From Minisyncoccota bacterium (GTDB lineage: Bacteria; Patescibacteriota; Minisyncoccia; Phycocordibacterales; JABAAK01), in contig OY764332.1 in assembly GCA_963668425.1 (NCBI GenBank), forward strand, positions 188,943-252,942: a stretch of 64,000 bases of DNA, in the 5' to 3' direction. The notes beneath the pieces are model-generated. The model made no database searches. It was not told the DNA's origin and saw only the letters and a program-made list of their open reading frames with translations. Below, piece by piece: positions 55,894-64,000 of this stretch (position 1 is the first letter of the stretch; every line of letters begins with the position of its first letter). The position numbers and the translations under genes are program-made.

Positions 55894-58188
55894 TTAGTTT
55901 CGTCCGTGCCTCCTTTCTTTTTTGCCAAAAAATCCTCTATCTTTACCTCCCCTATCTCCTCCACCTCCCCTGCCCCCTCTACTATCTCCTCTGTCTCCTC
56001 TGCCCCCTCTACTATCTCCTCTGCCCCCTCTGTCTCCTCTACCTCGCCTATTGTTGTGTGATTTTTGATTTGGCGATTGAGTATGGTCAGCATTCTTCAG
56101 TACTGCATCAAAAAATGACGGATCTCTATCTTTTACACTAAGTGCAATTCGTCCATCAGGACGAACCTCTTTTACTACAACTGGCACTATATCTCCAGAG
56201 GAAACCACACTATCTACCGTATCAATTCTCTGTGGAGAGAACTCAGACACATGAATCATGCCATCTTTACTCGGTGAGAGCTCCGCAAACGCGCCAAAGT
56301 CGGTAATATTCTTGATGGTGGCATCAATTGTGTCACCAACTTCAAATGAGCGAGTCATGTCGTGTATTTTCTGTATTACTGAGGCAACTGCTTCTTTGTT
56401 GCCACTCACTGAAACTGTTCCGTCGTCTTCAATATCAATACTATCAACACCAGTATCAGTACGAATCTGCTTGATGGTTTTTCCTCCAGTGCCAATAACC
56501 ATACCGATACAGTCAGGATCAATAGTAATTGTTTCTATATGTGGCGCGTGTGGTGAAAGTGAAGTACGTGGTTCAGGTAACTCTTGCGTGATAGTTTCCA
56601 AGATGTGTAGTCGCGCATCTTGCCCTTTTTTCAGTGCCTCAGAAAGGATCGGGAGTGTGATACCTTCAATTTTTACATCCATTTGGATTGCAGTTATACC
56701 ATTTTTTGTGCCGGCGACTTTAAAATCCATAGCACCGTGATGATCTTCTGGGCCCTGTATGTCAGTAAGCAAAACGTGCTTATCCCCTTCTTGCATCAGC
56801 CCGATGGCAATACCGGCAACCGGCGCGGTAATCGGTACACCACCGTCCATTAGTGCGAGCGTAGAAGCACAAACAGAACCCATTGAGGTGGAACCATTTG
56901 ACGCGAAGCATTCAGAAACTAGACGCATTGTATATGGAAAATCATTCTGAGAAGGCAATACGTTACGTAGTGCCTTCTCAGCAAGTGCTCCGTGTCCGAT
57001 TTCTCGTCGCTTTGGACTGCCGATCCGCCCAACTTCACCCGTTGAATATGGTGGAAAGTTATAATGATGCATAAATCGCTCATCAGTTTCTGGGTCTTCA
57101 ATAGTGTTCAGTGATAACGCGTCTCCCGGACTGCCGAGCGTTAATGCAGTAAACACATGTGTGCCTCCTCGGTAAAAGATACCGCTGCCGTGCAATCGCG
57201 TGGACATACCACCAGCTTGTGCATATAGTGGCCTTACTTCGTCCATACTTCTTCCGTCGACACGCCGGCTATTTTTGACTGCCTCACTGTGTACCAGAGC
57301 ATCAGTCATCTCCTCAAAATATGAATCGGTGACCTTTCTTTCGTCAGGGATGCCTTTTTCCTCAAGGAGTTTCATCCATTCTTCCTGTACTGAGCCCAAA
57401 CTCATTTCAGAAGAAAACATTGCCTGCTCTATTTTTGGGCGGATGATGGTATCAAAAATTTGTTTTGCCTCGGCGGACAGTTCGGTGACGGAAATTTCTT
57501 TTTTCTCCTGTCCGACCTGTGTGATGATATCTTGCTGAAATTTTTGTAAGTCGGCAAGTGTGTGCACTGCCTGTTCGCTGACCTGCATAATCTGTTCTTC
57601 TGAAACCTCTTTACCCTCCATCTCTATCATGGTGATTGTATTTTCTTTGCCGCACAAAAGAATATGGTCGGTTAGATCTTTTGCTTCTTCAAAGTTGGTG
57701 AATGGTTGCCAGTTATTCGTGGTTTGTGAAAACCGAACAGCGGATATCGGTCCGTTCCACGGGATAGATGAGGTGCCGAGTGCAAGCGATGCTCCAATGA
57801 CCGCAAGTACATCGGGGTTGTATGAGCCGAATGAAAGTACCATTGCCACAACCTGTACTTCTTTGTGGAGTTCCTTCGGGAAGAGAGGGCGGATGGTTCG
57901 GTCTATAATCCGTGCGTTCAGCACTGCTTCCTGTGATGGTCGCCCTTCCCGTCGCACAAAGCGACTACCTAATATCGCGCCGACTGAGTAGAATCGCTCT
58001 TCAAACTCAACAGAGAGTGGAAAATAATTTTGTGTTGCTTCATGTTCTGACATAGTTGCTGATACAAACACAACTGTATCTCCTGCTTCTATAAAGACAG
58101 AGCCGCCGGCATTTTCGGCGAGGTTAGTGAATGTTGCAGTTATGGCAACATCGTTGATTGTTGTAGTAAAGGATTTTTTTTGTTGCAT
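55894..58188 (-). CDS. pnp: polyribonucleotide nucleotidyltransferase (PNPase) with RG-rich C-terminal tail
   Basis: Two RNase PH domains, KH and S1 domains. The tail is RRGRGDRGGRGDSRGGRGDRGDSRGGRGGGGDRGG. Confidence 0.9.
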   Translation of the reverse strand: MQQKKSFTTTINDVAITATFTNLAENAGGSVFIEAGDTVVFVSATMSEHEATQNYFPLSVEFEERFYSVGAILGSRFVRREGRPSQEAVLNARIIDRTIRPLFPKELHKEVQVVAMVLSFGSYNPDVLAVIGASLALGTSSIPWNGPISAVRFSQTTNNWQPFTNFEEAKDLTDHILLCGKENTITMIEMEGKEVSEEQIMQVSEQAVHTLADLQKFQQDIITQVGQEKKEISVTELSAEAKQIFDTIIRPKIEQAMFSSEMSLGSVQEEWMKLLEEKGIPDERKVTDSYFEEMTDALVHSEAVKNSRRVDGRSMDEVRPLYAQAGGMSTRLHGSGIFYRGGTHVFTALTLGSPGDALSLNTIEDPETDERFMHHYNFPPYSTGEVGRIGSPKRREIGHGALAEKALRNVLPSQNDFPYTMRLVSECFASNGSTSMGSVCASTLALMDGGVPITAPVAGIAIGLMQEGDKHVLLTDIQGPEDHHGAMDFKVAGTKNGITAIQMDVKIEGITLPILSEALKKGQDARLHILETITQELPEPRTSLSPHAPHIETITIDPDCIGMVIGTGGKTIKQIRTDTGVDSIDIEDDGTVSVSGNKEAVASVIQKIHDMTRSFEVGDTIDATIKNITDFGAFAELSPSKDGMIHVSEFSPQRIDTVDSVVSSGDIVPVVVKEVRPDGRIALSVKDRDPSFFDAVLKNADHTQSPNQKSHNNRRGRGDRGGRGDSRGGRGDRGDSRGGRGGGGDRGGKDRGFFGKKERRHGRN

Positions 58189-58209
58189 ATAGTGCTAGTA
58201 AGTATATTA

Positions 58210-58716
58210 TTAACGATTGCGAATAAGGTATTTCTTAGAGGCGCATAAATCTACAAAGTCATCAGCGGATTCCTGCAATCTTTGTGAGCAGGTCTTGCCG
58301 AATGCGACCACTTCAACCTGGCAGCCAAACTTTTTGACATATTCAAGTGCTGGCACAAAGTCGCCATCACCGGAAACCAGTGCGATGACATCCAACTTTG
58401 GAGCAAGACCGATCATATCAACCGCAAGACCAACATCCCAATCTGCTTTTTTTGCATTATCTTTGAAGACCTGCAGTTCTTTACTCTTGGTCTCTATCCC
58501 CATATTCACCAACGCATCAAGAAAGGCGGCTTCATCACCAGATTCGGTGTGTATCACATATGCGATTGCGCGAATAAGTGTGCGGCTGGCTACAATATTT
58601 TTCACAACGGCTTCAAAATTTACACGCGCACCATACAGGTTTTTTGCGCTGTGGTAAAGATTTTGTACGTCTAAAAATATGCCGACCCGCTGGTTAGCGT
58701 GTTTGATGATTACCAT
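58210..58716 (-). CDS. NYN-domain (LabA-like, PIN-related) predicted ribonuclease
   Basis: RVGIFLDVQNLYHSAK...DVGLAVDMIGLA...IALVSGDGDF matches the NYN signature. Confidence 0.7.
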   Translation of the reverse strand: MVIIKHANQRVGIFLDVQNLYHSAKNLYGARVNFEAVVKNIVASRTLIRAIAYVIHTESGDEAAFLDALVNMGIETKSKELQVFKDNAKKADWDVGLAVDMIGLAPKLDVIALVSGDGDFVPALEYVKKFGCQVEVVAFGKTCSQRLQESADDFVDLCASKKYLIRNR

Positions 58717-58872
58717 ATTGAAAGAAAGTTAGATACATAATGTGTTTAGAGGACCTGACTGTCGCAAGAGATATTGTAAACAGTTTGTAAAATGAAGCAG
58801 TTACATGCATTCGCTTTGATAAAAATGTGACTATAAAAATTCTGATGGTTGCTGACTGAGAAAGATTGCCAT

Positions 58873-59139
58873 CTATTTTCGTAAACCAAGTTTTTCAACA
58901 AGACCCTCGTATATTTTAGGATTTCTTCTTTTTAAGTAAGAAAGATGCTTACGTCGTTGTTCAACAAGTCCAACAAGTCCACGGCGGGAATGTTTATCCT
59001 TGTGGTTGCCTTTTAGGTGCTCGTTCACCTGTTGTATACGACTTGATACTATAGCGACCTGCACAGCAGACGACCCAGTGTCTGAGGTGTGCATCCGCCC
59101 TGTTTCAATTTGCTTTTGCTTTTCTTCTTTTGTAAGCAT
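58873..59139 (-). CDS. rpsO: 30S ribosomal protein S15
   Basis: MLTKEEKQKQIETGRMHTSDTGSSAVQVAIVSSRIQQVNEHLKGNHKDKHSRRGL. Confidence 0.9.
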   Translation of the reverse strand: MLTKEEKQKQIETGRMHTSDTGSSAVQVAIVSSRIQQVNEHLKGNHKDKHSRRGLVGLVEQRRKHLSYLKRRNPKIYEGLVEKLGLRK

Positions 59140-59180
59140 GCATATAGTATACAGGTTGAATGAATGCTCTGCAATAGAGC

Positions 59181-59211
59181 AAAAGAAAAGCCACGGCTGA
59201 GAAGCCGTGGC
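59181..59211 (-). terminator. rho-independent terminator of the 59226..59903 gene
   Basis: Minus-strand hairpin gccacggct-tctc-agccgtggc followed by ttttcttttgc. Confidence 0.75.
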
Positions 59212-59225
59212 GTTAAAGAAAGATC

Positions 59226-59903
59226 CTATTGCAAAACGTCATTAAAGTGCATACTCACCCCTAGCCACATTTTTGACCTTTGCTTGTCGGTCATGGTGCT
59301 AAAGGTGAGCTTGTAGAACTCCATCTCCTTGGACAATGTCCCGGTTACAGTTGAGGTTTCTCCCTTCCAGACATTGACACCCAGGTTGCACGTCAGTATG
59401 TCTATTGAGACACCGACTCTAACCAAAAACAGTGATGTGTGAAGAGGGTTGTAATTATAGCCCCCGCTTATCCTTCCTTCCATCACTCTTCCTATCACTC
59501 TCCATTTCTTTACGACACTTAAGGACGAAGCAAGGTAATTCATTCCCTGCCCCTCCTCACCATCCATTACTTCAAGGACATTTTCTACTTCTACGGCGAT
59601 ATTGGTGCCGTATGTTCTTTTGAGGGCATTTGACCCTCGGAGCCCTTGAGACATTTCCCCTTCATAGGAGGAGTAACCGATGAGATCAACCCTCCCTAAT
59701 AGGAAGCTGGAAAATGCCTCCCCATCTACCTGCAGTCCCATACTTGTCTGCATGGACTGCTTTTGCACCTCAATTGGGTACTGTGGGTGCATAGAGCTGG
59801 ACCTTATTCCGATCCCTATACCTGTCCCTATACCTGTGGTTTGAGATTGAATGTCTGTTGCCACAAATGCCGTTATTATTAAACAAAAAAGTATTTGTTT
59901 CAT
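59226..59903 (-). CDS. secreted hypothetical protein (Gly-rich N-terminal region)
   Basis: AAGGAGAGAGAA SD before ATG at 59903. Signal peptide MKQILFCLIITAFVATDIQSQ, then TGIGTGIGIGI. Confidence 0.55.
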   Translation of the reverse strand: MKQILFCLIITAFVATDIQSQTTGIGTGIGIGIRSSSMHPQYPIEVQKQSMQTSMGLQVDGEAFSSFLLGRVDLIGYSSYEGEMSQGLRGSNALKRTYGTNIAVEVENVLEVMDGEEGQGMNYLASSLSVVKKWRVIGRVMEGRISGGYNYNPLHTSLFLVRVGVSIDILTCNLGVNVWKGETSTVTGTLSKEMEFYKLTFSTMTDKQRSKMWLGVSMHFNDVLQ

Positions 59904-60003
59904 TTCTCTCTCCTTAAAGATTTTGCTGGTATAAATTATACCATAAAACTGTATTTTTATCAAGTTACGTGTTACGTACATAATAGACGTATATACTGGT
60001 GGT

Positions 60004-60885
60004 ATGAGGTTTACTCAGGCAAAACACTTGTTTTTAGAGCACATTGAGCTTGGGCTCGGAAGATCACTGAAAACGGTAGAAAATTACGATCGCTATTTGA
60101 GTCACTTTGCTGATCTCGTCGGCATAGAACACATTGGGCAGATAACTGAGCCGGCAGTGCACACCTTTCGTCTTAAGCTTAATCGCAAAGGAGCACTTAA
60201 AAAAACTACGCAGAACTACTACCTTATCGCGTTGCGAATGTTTCTGAAATATCTTGAGACCACTGGAAGAGAATGCCTTTCACCGAATGCAGTGGTGTTG
60301 GCAAAAACCGGCACACGGGAAATAGATATTATCACTGCGGATGAATTACAGCGGCTGTTTGATGTCACGAATGGAAAAACTATACAAGAGTTGCGCGATC
60401 GTGCAATTATTGAAACCCTCTTTTCAACGGGCTTACGTGTTTCAGAGCTGACAACGCTTAAGCGGGATATTGATCTGACAGCAAAAGAGGTGGCGGTTCG
60501 TGGCAAGGGAGAGAAGGTGCGAGTGGTATTTTTTTCTGACCCTGCAATAGCGGCAATACATACCTACCGAGACAAGAGGGAGGATATGTCTCCGGCATTA
60601 TTTGTGGGACGAGATGGCAACGGACATCTTACTACTCGCACTATAGAGCGTATCATTGCTAATCGTGCACGGCAGGCGGGTATTTCAAAAAAGGTGACCC
60701 CACATATTCTTCGCCATATGTTTGCTACCACCCTTTTGTCAAATGGCGCGGATATTCGCTCGGTTCAGGAAATGCTTGGACATGCTAATATTCAAACTAC
60801 ACAGGTCTACACACACATTACCAACAAGCGACTCAAAGAGGTGCATAAAAACTTTCATCAGAAGCCGAGTGATATGAGGAAATAA
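60004..60885 (+). CDS. xerD: tyrosine recombinase XerC/XerD family
   Basis: C-terminal catalytic box HILRHMFATTLLSNGADIRSVQEMLGHANIQTTQVYTHI (R...HxxR...Y). Confidence 0.85.
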   Translation: MRFTQAKHLFLEHIELGLGRSLKTVENYDRYLSHFADLVGIEHIGQITEPAVHTFRLKLNRKGALKKTTQNYYLIALRMFLKYLETTGRECLSPNAVVLAKTGTREIDIITADELQRLFDVTNGKTIQELRDRAIIETLFSTGLRVSELTTLKRDIDLTAKEVAVRGKGEKVRVVFFSDPAIAAIHTYRDKREDMSPALFVGRDGNGHLTTRTIERIIANRARQAGISKKVTPHILRHMFATTLLSNGADIRSVQEMLGHANIQTTQVYTHITNKRLKEVHKNFHQKPSDMRK

Positions 60886-60915
60886 AAAGGGGCAGGAATA
60901 CTCCTGCCCCAATGC
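60880..60915. terminator. bidirectional intrinsic terminator
   Basis: ggggcagg-aatact-cctgcccc, with an A-tract 5' (a T-tract on the minus strand) and cttttatc 3'. Confidence 0.7.
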
Positions 60916-61205
60916 ACTCTTTTATCTCTAATCTCTATTCGTCATCATCTGTGATAACGTCTATGAGCTCTTCAAAGGTCAGCTCTTTAAGCCTTGCCAT
61001 GATTTCTTTAGAGAGAAGTCTCTCAAGGCCATTTATTAGAGTGATTCTTAATCTTCTCTTTTTGATCATCATCAAGCGGGATTTCTTTCCCCCGCTTGAG
61101 AAAGGACTTAAAATCAATCGTAACACTCTCATCTTTCATGGCGACTTTATCTCCTTCACAATACTTATGTTGTAATTGTACCACAGAAAAAGGTATACTA
61201 CAACT

Positions 61206-62000
61206 ATGAACGTATATTCTTGGAATGTGAATGGCCTTCGGGCGGTATACAACAAGGGTGCGCTCGCGCAGTTTATTGCAAAAGAAGATCCTGACATTAT
61301 TCTTTTTCAAGAGATTAAGGCAAAAGAGGAGCAGTTGCCGGAAGAGTTGCAAAATGCTGAGTACATTCATTTTTATAACTCAGCGGAGAAACCCGGCTAC
61401 TCTGGCACTGCAATGTGGGTGCATGATCGGCATAAAAAGATTGTTACAGGTTTTTCAAAAGGAATGCCAAAATGGAGTGACACTGAAGGCAGAATAGTAC
61501 AATGTGCATTCGCTGATAAAAAAGTCATTATCACGGTGTATGTGCCGAACGGAGGAAAATCAGAAGAGGCGTATCAGGAAAAACTGCAGTTTCTCACTAC
61601 GCTTGCGAGCTATGCAAAAAAATTACAAAAAGACGGTTACCAGGTCATTATTGGCGGTGACTTCAATGTCGCCCGTAGTGAGCTTGACCTTGCCAAGCCA
61701 GAAAAGCATCGCGACCACACTCACTTTAATGACGAAGTGCGCTCCCACATGGAAAAACTCATAGCAGTAGATCTTGTGGACACATACCGTAGTCGCAATC
61801 CAGAAGAGGAAGGGGCGTATACCTACTGGGATAACTTTAGTTTTTCTCTCCCCCGTGGCACTAAACCTCGTGATGTTAATGAAGGGTGGCGACTTGATTA
61901 CCTCCTTGTAGATCCGAACACTGACGCAAAAATAAAACGGGTGTCCATTCATCAAAACATCTTCGGCTCCGACCACTGCCCTGTTTCTATTAGTGTATAA
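61206..62000 (+). CDS. xth: exodeoxyribonuclease III / AP endonuclease (EEP fold)
   Basis: MNVYSWNVNGLRA...ILFQEIK...SDHCPV. Start at Met11 of the track ORF. Confidence 0.85.
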   Translation: MNVYSWNVNGLRAVYNKGALAQFIAKEDPDIILFQEIKAKEEQLPEELQNAEYIHFYNSAEKPGYSGTAMWVHDRHKKIVTGFSKGMPKWSDTEGRIVQCAFADKKVIITVYVPNGGKSEEAYQEKLQFLTTLASYAKKLQKDGYQVIIGGDFNVARSELDLAKPEKHRDHTHFNDEVRSHMEKLIAVDLVDTYRSRNPEEEGAYTYWDNFSFSLPRGTKPRDVNEGWRLDYLLVDPNTDAKIKRVSIHQNIFGSDHCPVSISV

Positions 62001-62081
62001 CCTTGTTTGAGTGCAGGGATTCTGCATTGGAAAAGAATGTTTCTTGAAATATTGTTAATGTAAGGTATACTGTAAGGTATT

Positions 62082-62345
62082 ATGGCAGATGTCTCAACAG
62101 AAAAAATAGAGGAAGAGGTGAGGGAGAATTACACTTTCTTCAAGAAAAATCTTCCTGAACTTATTAAGGAACATAGAGATAAGTTTCTTATCATACGTGA
62201 TAAGAAGGTTGAGGATGTTTGCGACACTGGCGAGGAGGCAATAGTAAAGGCAAAAGAAAAGTTTCCAGACGAATTATACTCAATCCAACAAGTTAGTGAG
62301 AGAGAAGTTGACCTCGGCTCTATATCAGCGTATGCCGTATTTTAA
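62082..62345 (+). CDS. small acidic hypothetical protein, translationally coupled to the downstream protease
   Basis: 87 aa, KFLIIRDKKVEDVCDTGEEAI. Its last 14 nt overlap the next start (gtATGccgtattttaa). Confidence 0.5.
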   Translation: MADVSTEKIEEEVRENYTFFKKNLPELIKEHRDKFLIIRDKKVEDVCDTGEEAIVKAKEKFPDELYSIQQVSEREVDLGSISAYAVF

Positions 62346-62859
62346 AGTACCACTGAAAGATAATAGATTTATTATACGATCGGTGATTTTAGACATTCGG
62401 TCATTATCACCTAAAGAGGTAAAATCTTATATTGAACGTGTTAATTTCGAGGGTGAGAACCGGTCCGTAGTGAGTGCACTTATTGACACTGGTGCTACTA
62501 ATTGCAGTATAACCGAAGATCTTGCAGAACGATTATGCCTAAAACCAACAGGGCAATGTACTGTTGGTACTGCTGGTCATCCGATAGAATGCAATCAATA
62601 TTTCATTCTTCTTGGTATACCAGTATCAGAAGTGTATGGAATGCAAAAAATTTATGATGAGAAAAGTGGTCAACAAAGAGAAGTTCCCTATGGTGTTACT
62701 CACTTTAAAGCACATTTTGCTCAGGTAAGCAGTATGCCGAAACAGGAAAAGGTAAGGGGTTTTGACGTTATTATTGGCATGGACCTTCTCGGAAAAATGA
62801 TTTTTCACTATTCAGGTAACCCTGCTACCTCTCAAGGGGAATTGACTATAGGATTTTAA
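62332..62859 (+). CDS. retropepsin-like aspartic protease (clan AA)
   Basis: SALIDTGATNCSITEDLAERL (a D-T/S-G-A active-site loop) and later VIIGMDLLGKM, a retropepsin flap/dimer region. Confidence 0.6.
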   Translation: MPYFKVPLKDNRFIIRSVILDIRSLSPKEVKSYIERVNFEGENRSVVSALIDTGATNCSITEDLAERLCLKPTGQCTVGTAGHPIECNQYFILLGIPVSEVYGMQKIYDEKSGQQREVPYGVTHFKAHFAQVSSMPKQEKVRGFDVIIGMDLLGKMIFHYSGNPATSQGELTIGF

Positions 62860-62911
62860 GACACTAATTCAAAATATATACTGTTACTTGTTGTTGTGCG
62901 GGTGCCTTGGG

Positions 62912-64000
62912 TCACCTTTTTTGTATGACTTTTAGGAAGGTGTCGTGCGATACTGTTACTCGTCCCGCTGCTCCCATTTTCTGTTTTCCCTTTTTTTGTT
63001 TTTCTCGCAGTTTCATTTTTCTGGTGATGTCACCACCGTAGAGTTTTGCTGTAACATCTTTGCGTAGAGCAGGTAAGGTTTTAGAGGCAACGATACGCCC
63101 ATCCATTTTTGCCTGTATTTTGATAACAAATAATGCTCTGGGTATTGTTTCATGCAGGATGTTTACCATATCCCGCGCTTCACGCTCACCTCGCAAACGC
63201 GATACAATACTTGCAAATGCTGGAAATTCTTCCTCAGCAAGCAGTATGTCCAGCCGTGTAACATCCGCTTCCCGCTGCCCTATCCGTTTGTATGAGAGTG
63301 ATGCGTATCCGGAACTCACACTTTTTAACCTGTCAAAAAACTGTCGCATCATTTCTCGCAATGGCATTTCACCCTGTACGATAAAGCGATTGTTTTTAAA
63401 ATCATTAACCTGTAGCACATATCCTTCATATTCCTGCAATAGTTGTGATACTGTTGGTACATATTCCGCAGGAGCAATAATGTCTACCGCCACCCACGGC
63501 TCGGCTACCGCTTTTATTTCGTGTGTATCAGGAAACTTGGATGGTGTTGCGATGATCACTGTCTCATCTTTTTTTGTTGTTACGGAAAAATCAGTGCTCG
63601 GTGCAGTGACTACCAGATCTATTCCTGCCTGTCTTCGTACCCGCTCGGTAATAATTTCAAAATGTAGCATTCCTAAAAATCCACACCGAAATCCTTTTCC
63701 CAGCGCTGTTGACCGCTCCTCTTCATATGAAAATGCTGCATCTGTTAACCGCATTTCCTGAAGAGCATGGTGTAGTGCGTTATACTCATTCGCATTTTGT
63801 GGGTAGAGTGATACCCATATTACCGGCACTGCCTCCTGATACCCAGGAAACGGTGGTGCATTTGAGCGGGCGTGGGCAATGGTATCACCGACAATCGCAA
63901 TGCCCGGCTCTTTAATACCTGTGGTGAAATAGCCGATCATTCCTTCTTGTATGGATTCGGTAGATACCATATCTGGCTTGAATATACCAACATCTTTCAG
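62912..64000 (-). CDS. lepA: elongation factor 4 (LepA), C-terminal ~360 aa (5' part beyond window end)
   Basis: GFRCGFLGMLHFEIITERVRRQ and the LepA-specific C-terminal domain. The reading frame stays open through 64000 (LKDVGIFKPDMVSTE). Confidence 0.85.
   Translation of the reverse strand: MKDVGIFKPDMVSTESIQEGMIGYFTTGIKEPGIAIVGDTIAHARSNAPPFPGYQEAVPVIWVSLYPQNANEYNALHHALQEMRLTDAAFSYEEERSTALGKGFRCGFLGMLHFEIITERVRRQAGIDLVVTAPSTDFSVTTKKDETVIIATPSKFPDTHEIKAVAEPWVAVDIIAPAEYVPTVSQLLQEYEGYVLQVNDFKNNRFIVQGEMPLREMMRQFFDRLKSVSSGYASLSYKRIGQREADVTRLDILLAEEEFPAFASIVSRLRGEREARDMVNILHETIPRALFVIKIQAKMDGRIVASKTLPALRKDVTAKLYGGDITRKMKLREKQKKGKQKMGAAGRVTVSHDTFLKVIQKR

Noticed and set aside
61023-61370. 115-aa minus-strand ORF
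   Set aside because: Its upstream two-thirds lies antisense inside xth (61206..62000). Only the distal 38-aa part, which has an SD, is plausible.
62860-62911. Terminator after the aspartic protease gene (ggtg-ccttgggt-cacc + tttttt)
   Set aside because: The stem is only 4 bp, too weak to call confidently, although the T-tract is good.
63060-63761. 233-aa plus-strand ORF
   Set aside because: Antisense within lepA, which has unambiguous EF-4 homology.

Overview
This 64 kb window is a gene-dense, mostly minus-strand bacterial chromosome segment with short intergenic spacers. Its overall character suggests a reduced Patescibacteria/CPR-like genome, though this is an inference from gene content alone. 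The supporting traits are compact aminoacyl-tRNA synthetases (archaeal-type AspRS, short ProRS and PheS, PheT lacking the N-terminal tRNA-binding domain), RuvX, a ribosomal cluster with no L30 gene, very large pilin-like proteins, and many secreted or membrane proteins of unknown function.

Recognisable core genes are argS (partial), proS, a DnaQ-like exonuclease, rmuC, dprA, dnaX, scpB, scpA, aspS, tRNA-Ser(GGA), ruvX, trpS, a class A PBP, ruvC, yebC, ruvB, pheT, pheS, gyrB, secY, rplO, rpsE, rplR, rplF, rpsH, rpsN, rplS, dus, an ftsQ-like gene, comM, pnp, rpsO, xerD-like, xth and lepA (partial).

The accessory content I consider worth a second look is:
- A cysteine-peptidase-like (NlpC/P60) domain inserted in-frame inside PheT.
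- A low-GC island at the 3' end of tRNA-Ser carrying a beta-class DNA methyltransferase convergent with a candidate nuclease.
- A Panacea-domain (DUF4065) antitoxin-like gene followed by a small MazF/PemK-like candidate toxin.
- A translationally coupled small protein plus retropepsin-like aspartic protease pair.
- A GC-rich, GATC-dense, hairpin-rich element closed by a strong intrinsic terminator between a giant type IV pilin gene and comM.
- A 918-aa surface protein whose four central Ig-like domains are encoded by near-identical 354-bp tandem DNA repeats.
- A NYN nuclease-fold gene inserted between rpsO and pnp.
- A type IV pilus, disulfide-oxidoreductase and competence neighbourhood (pilB, pilM, two DsbA-like, ccdA, comFC; dprA and comM elsewhere in the window).

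No CRISPR array, rRNA gene, integrase or transposase was seen.
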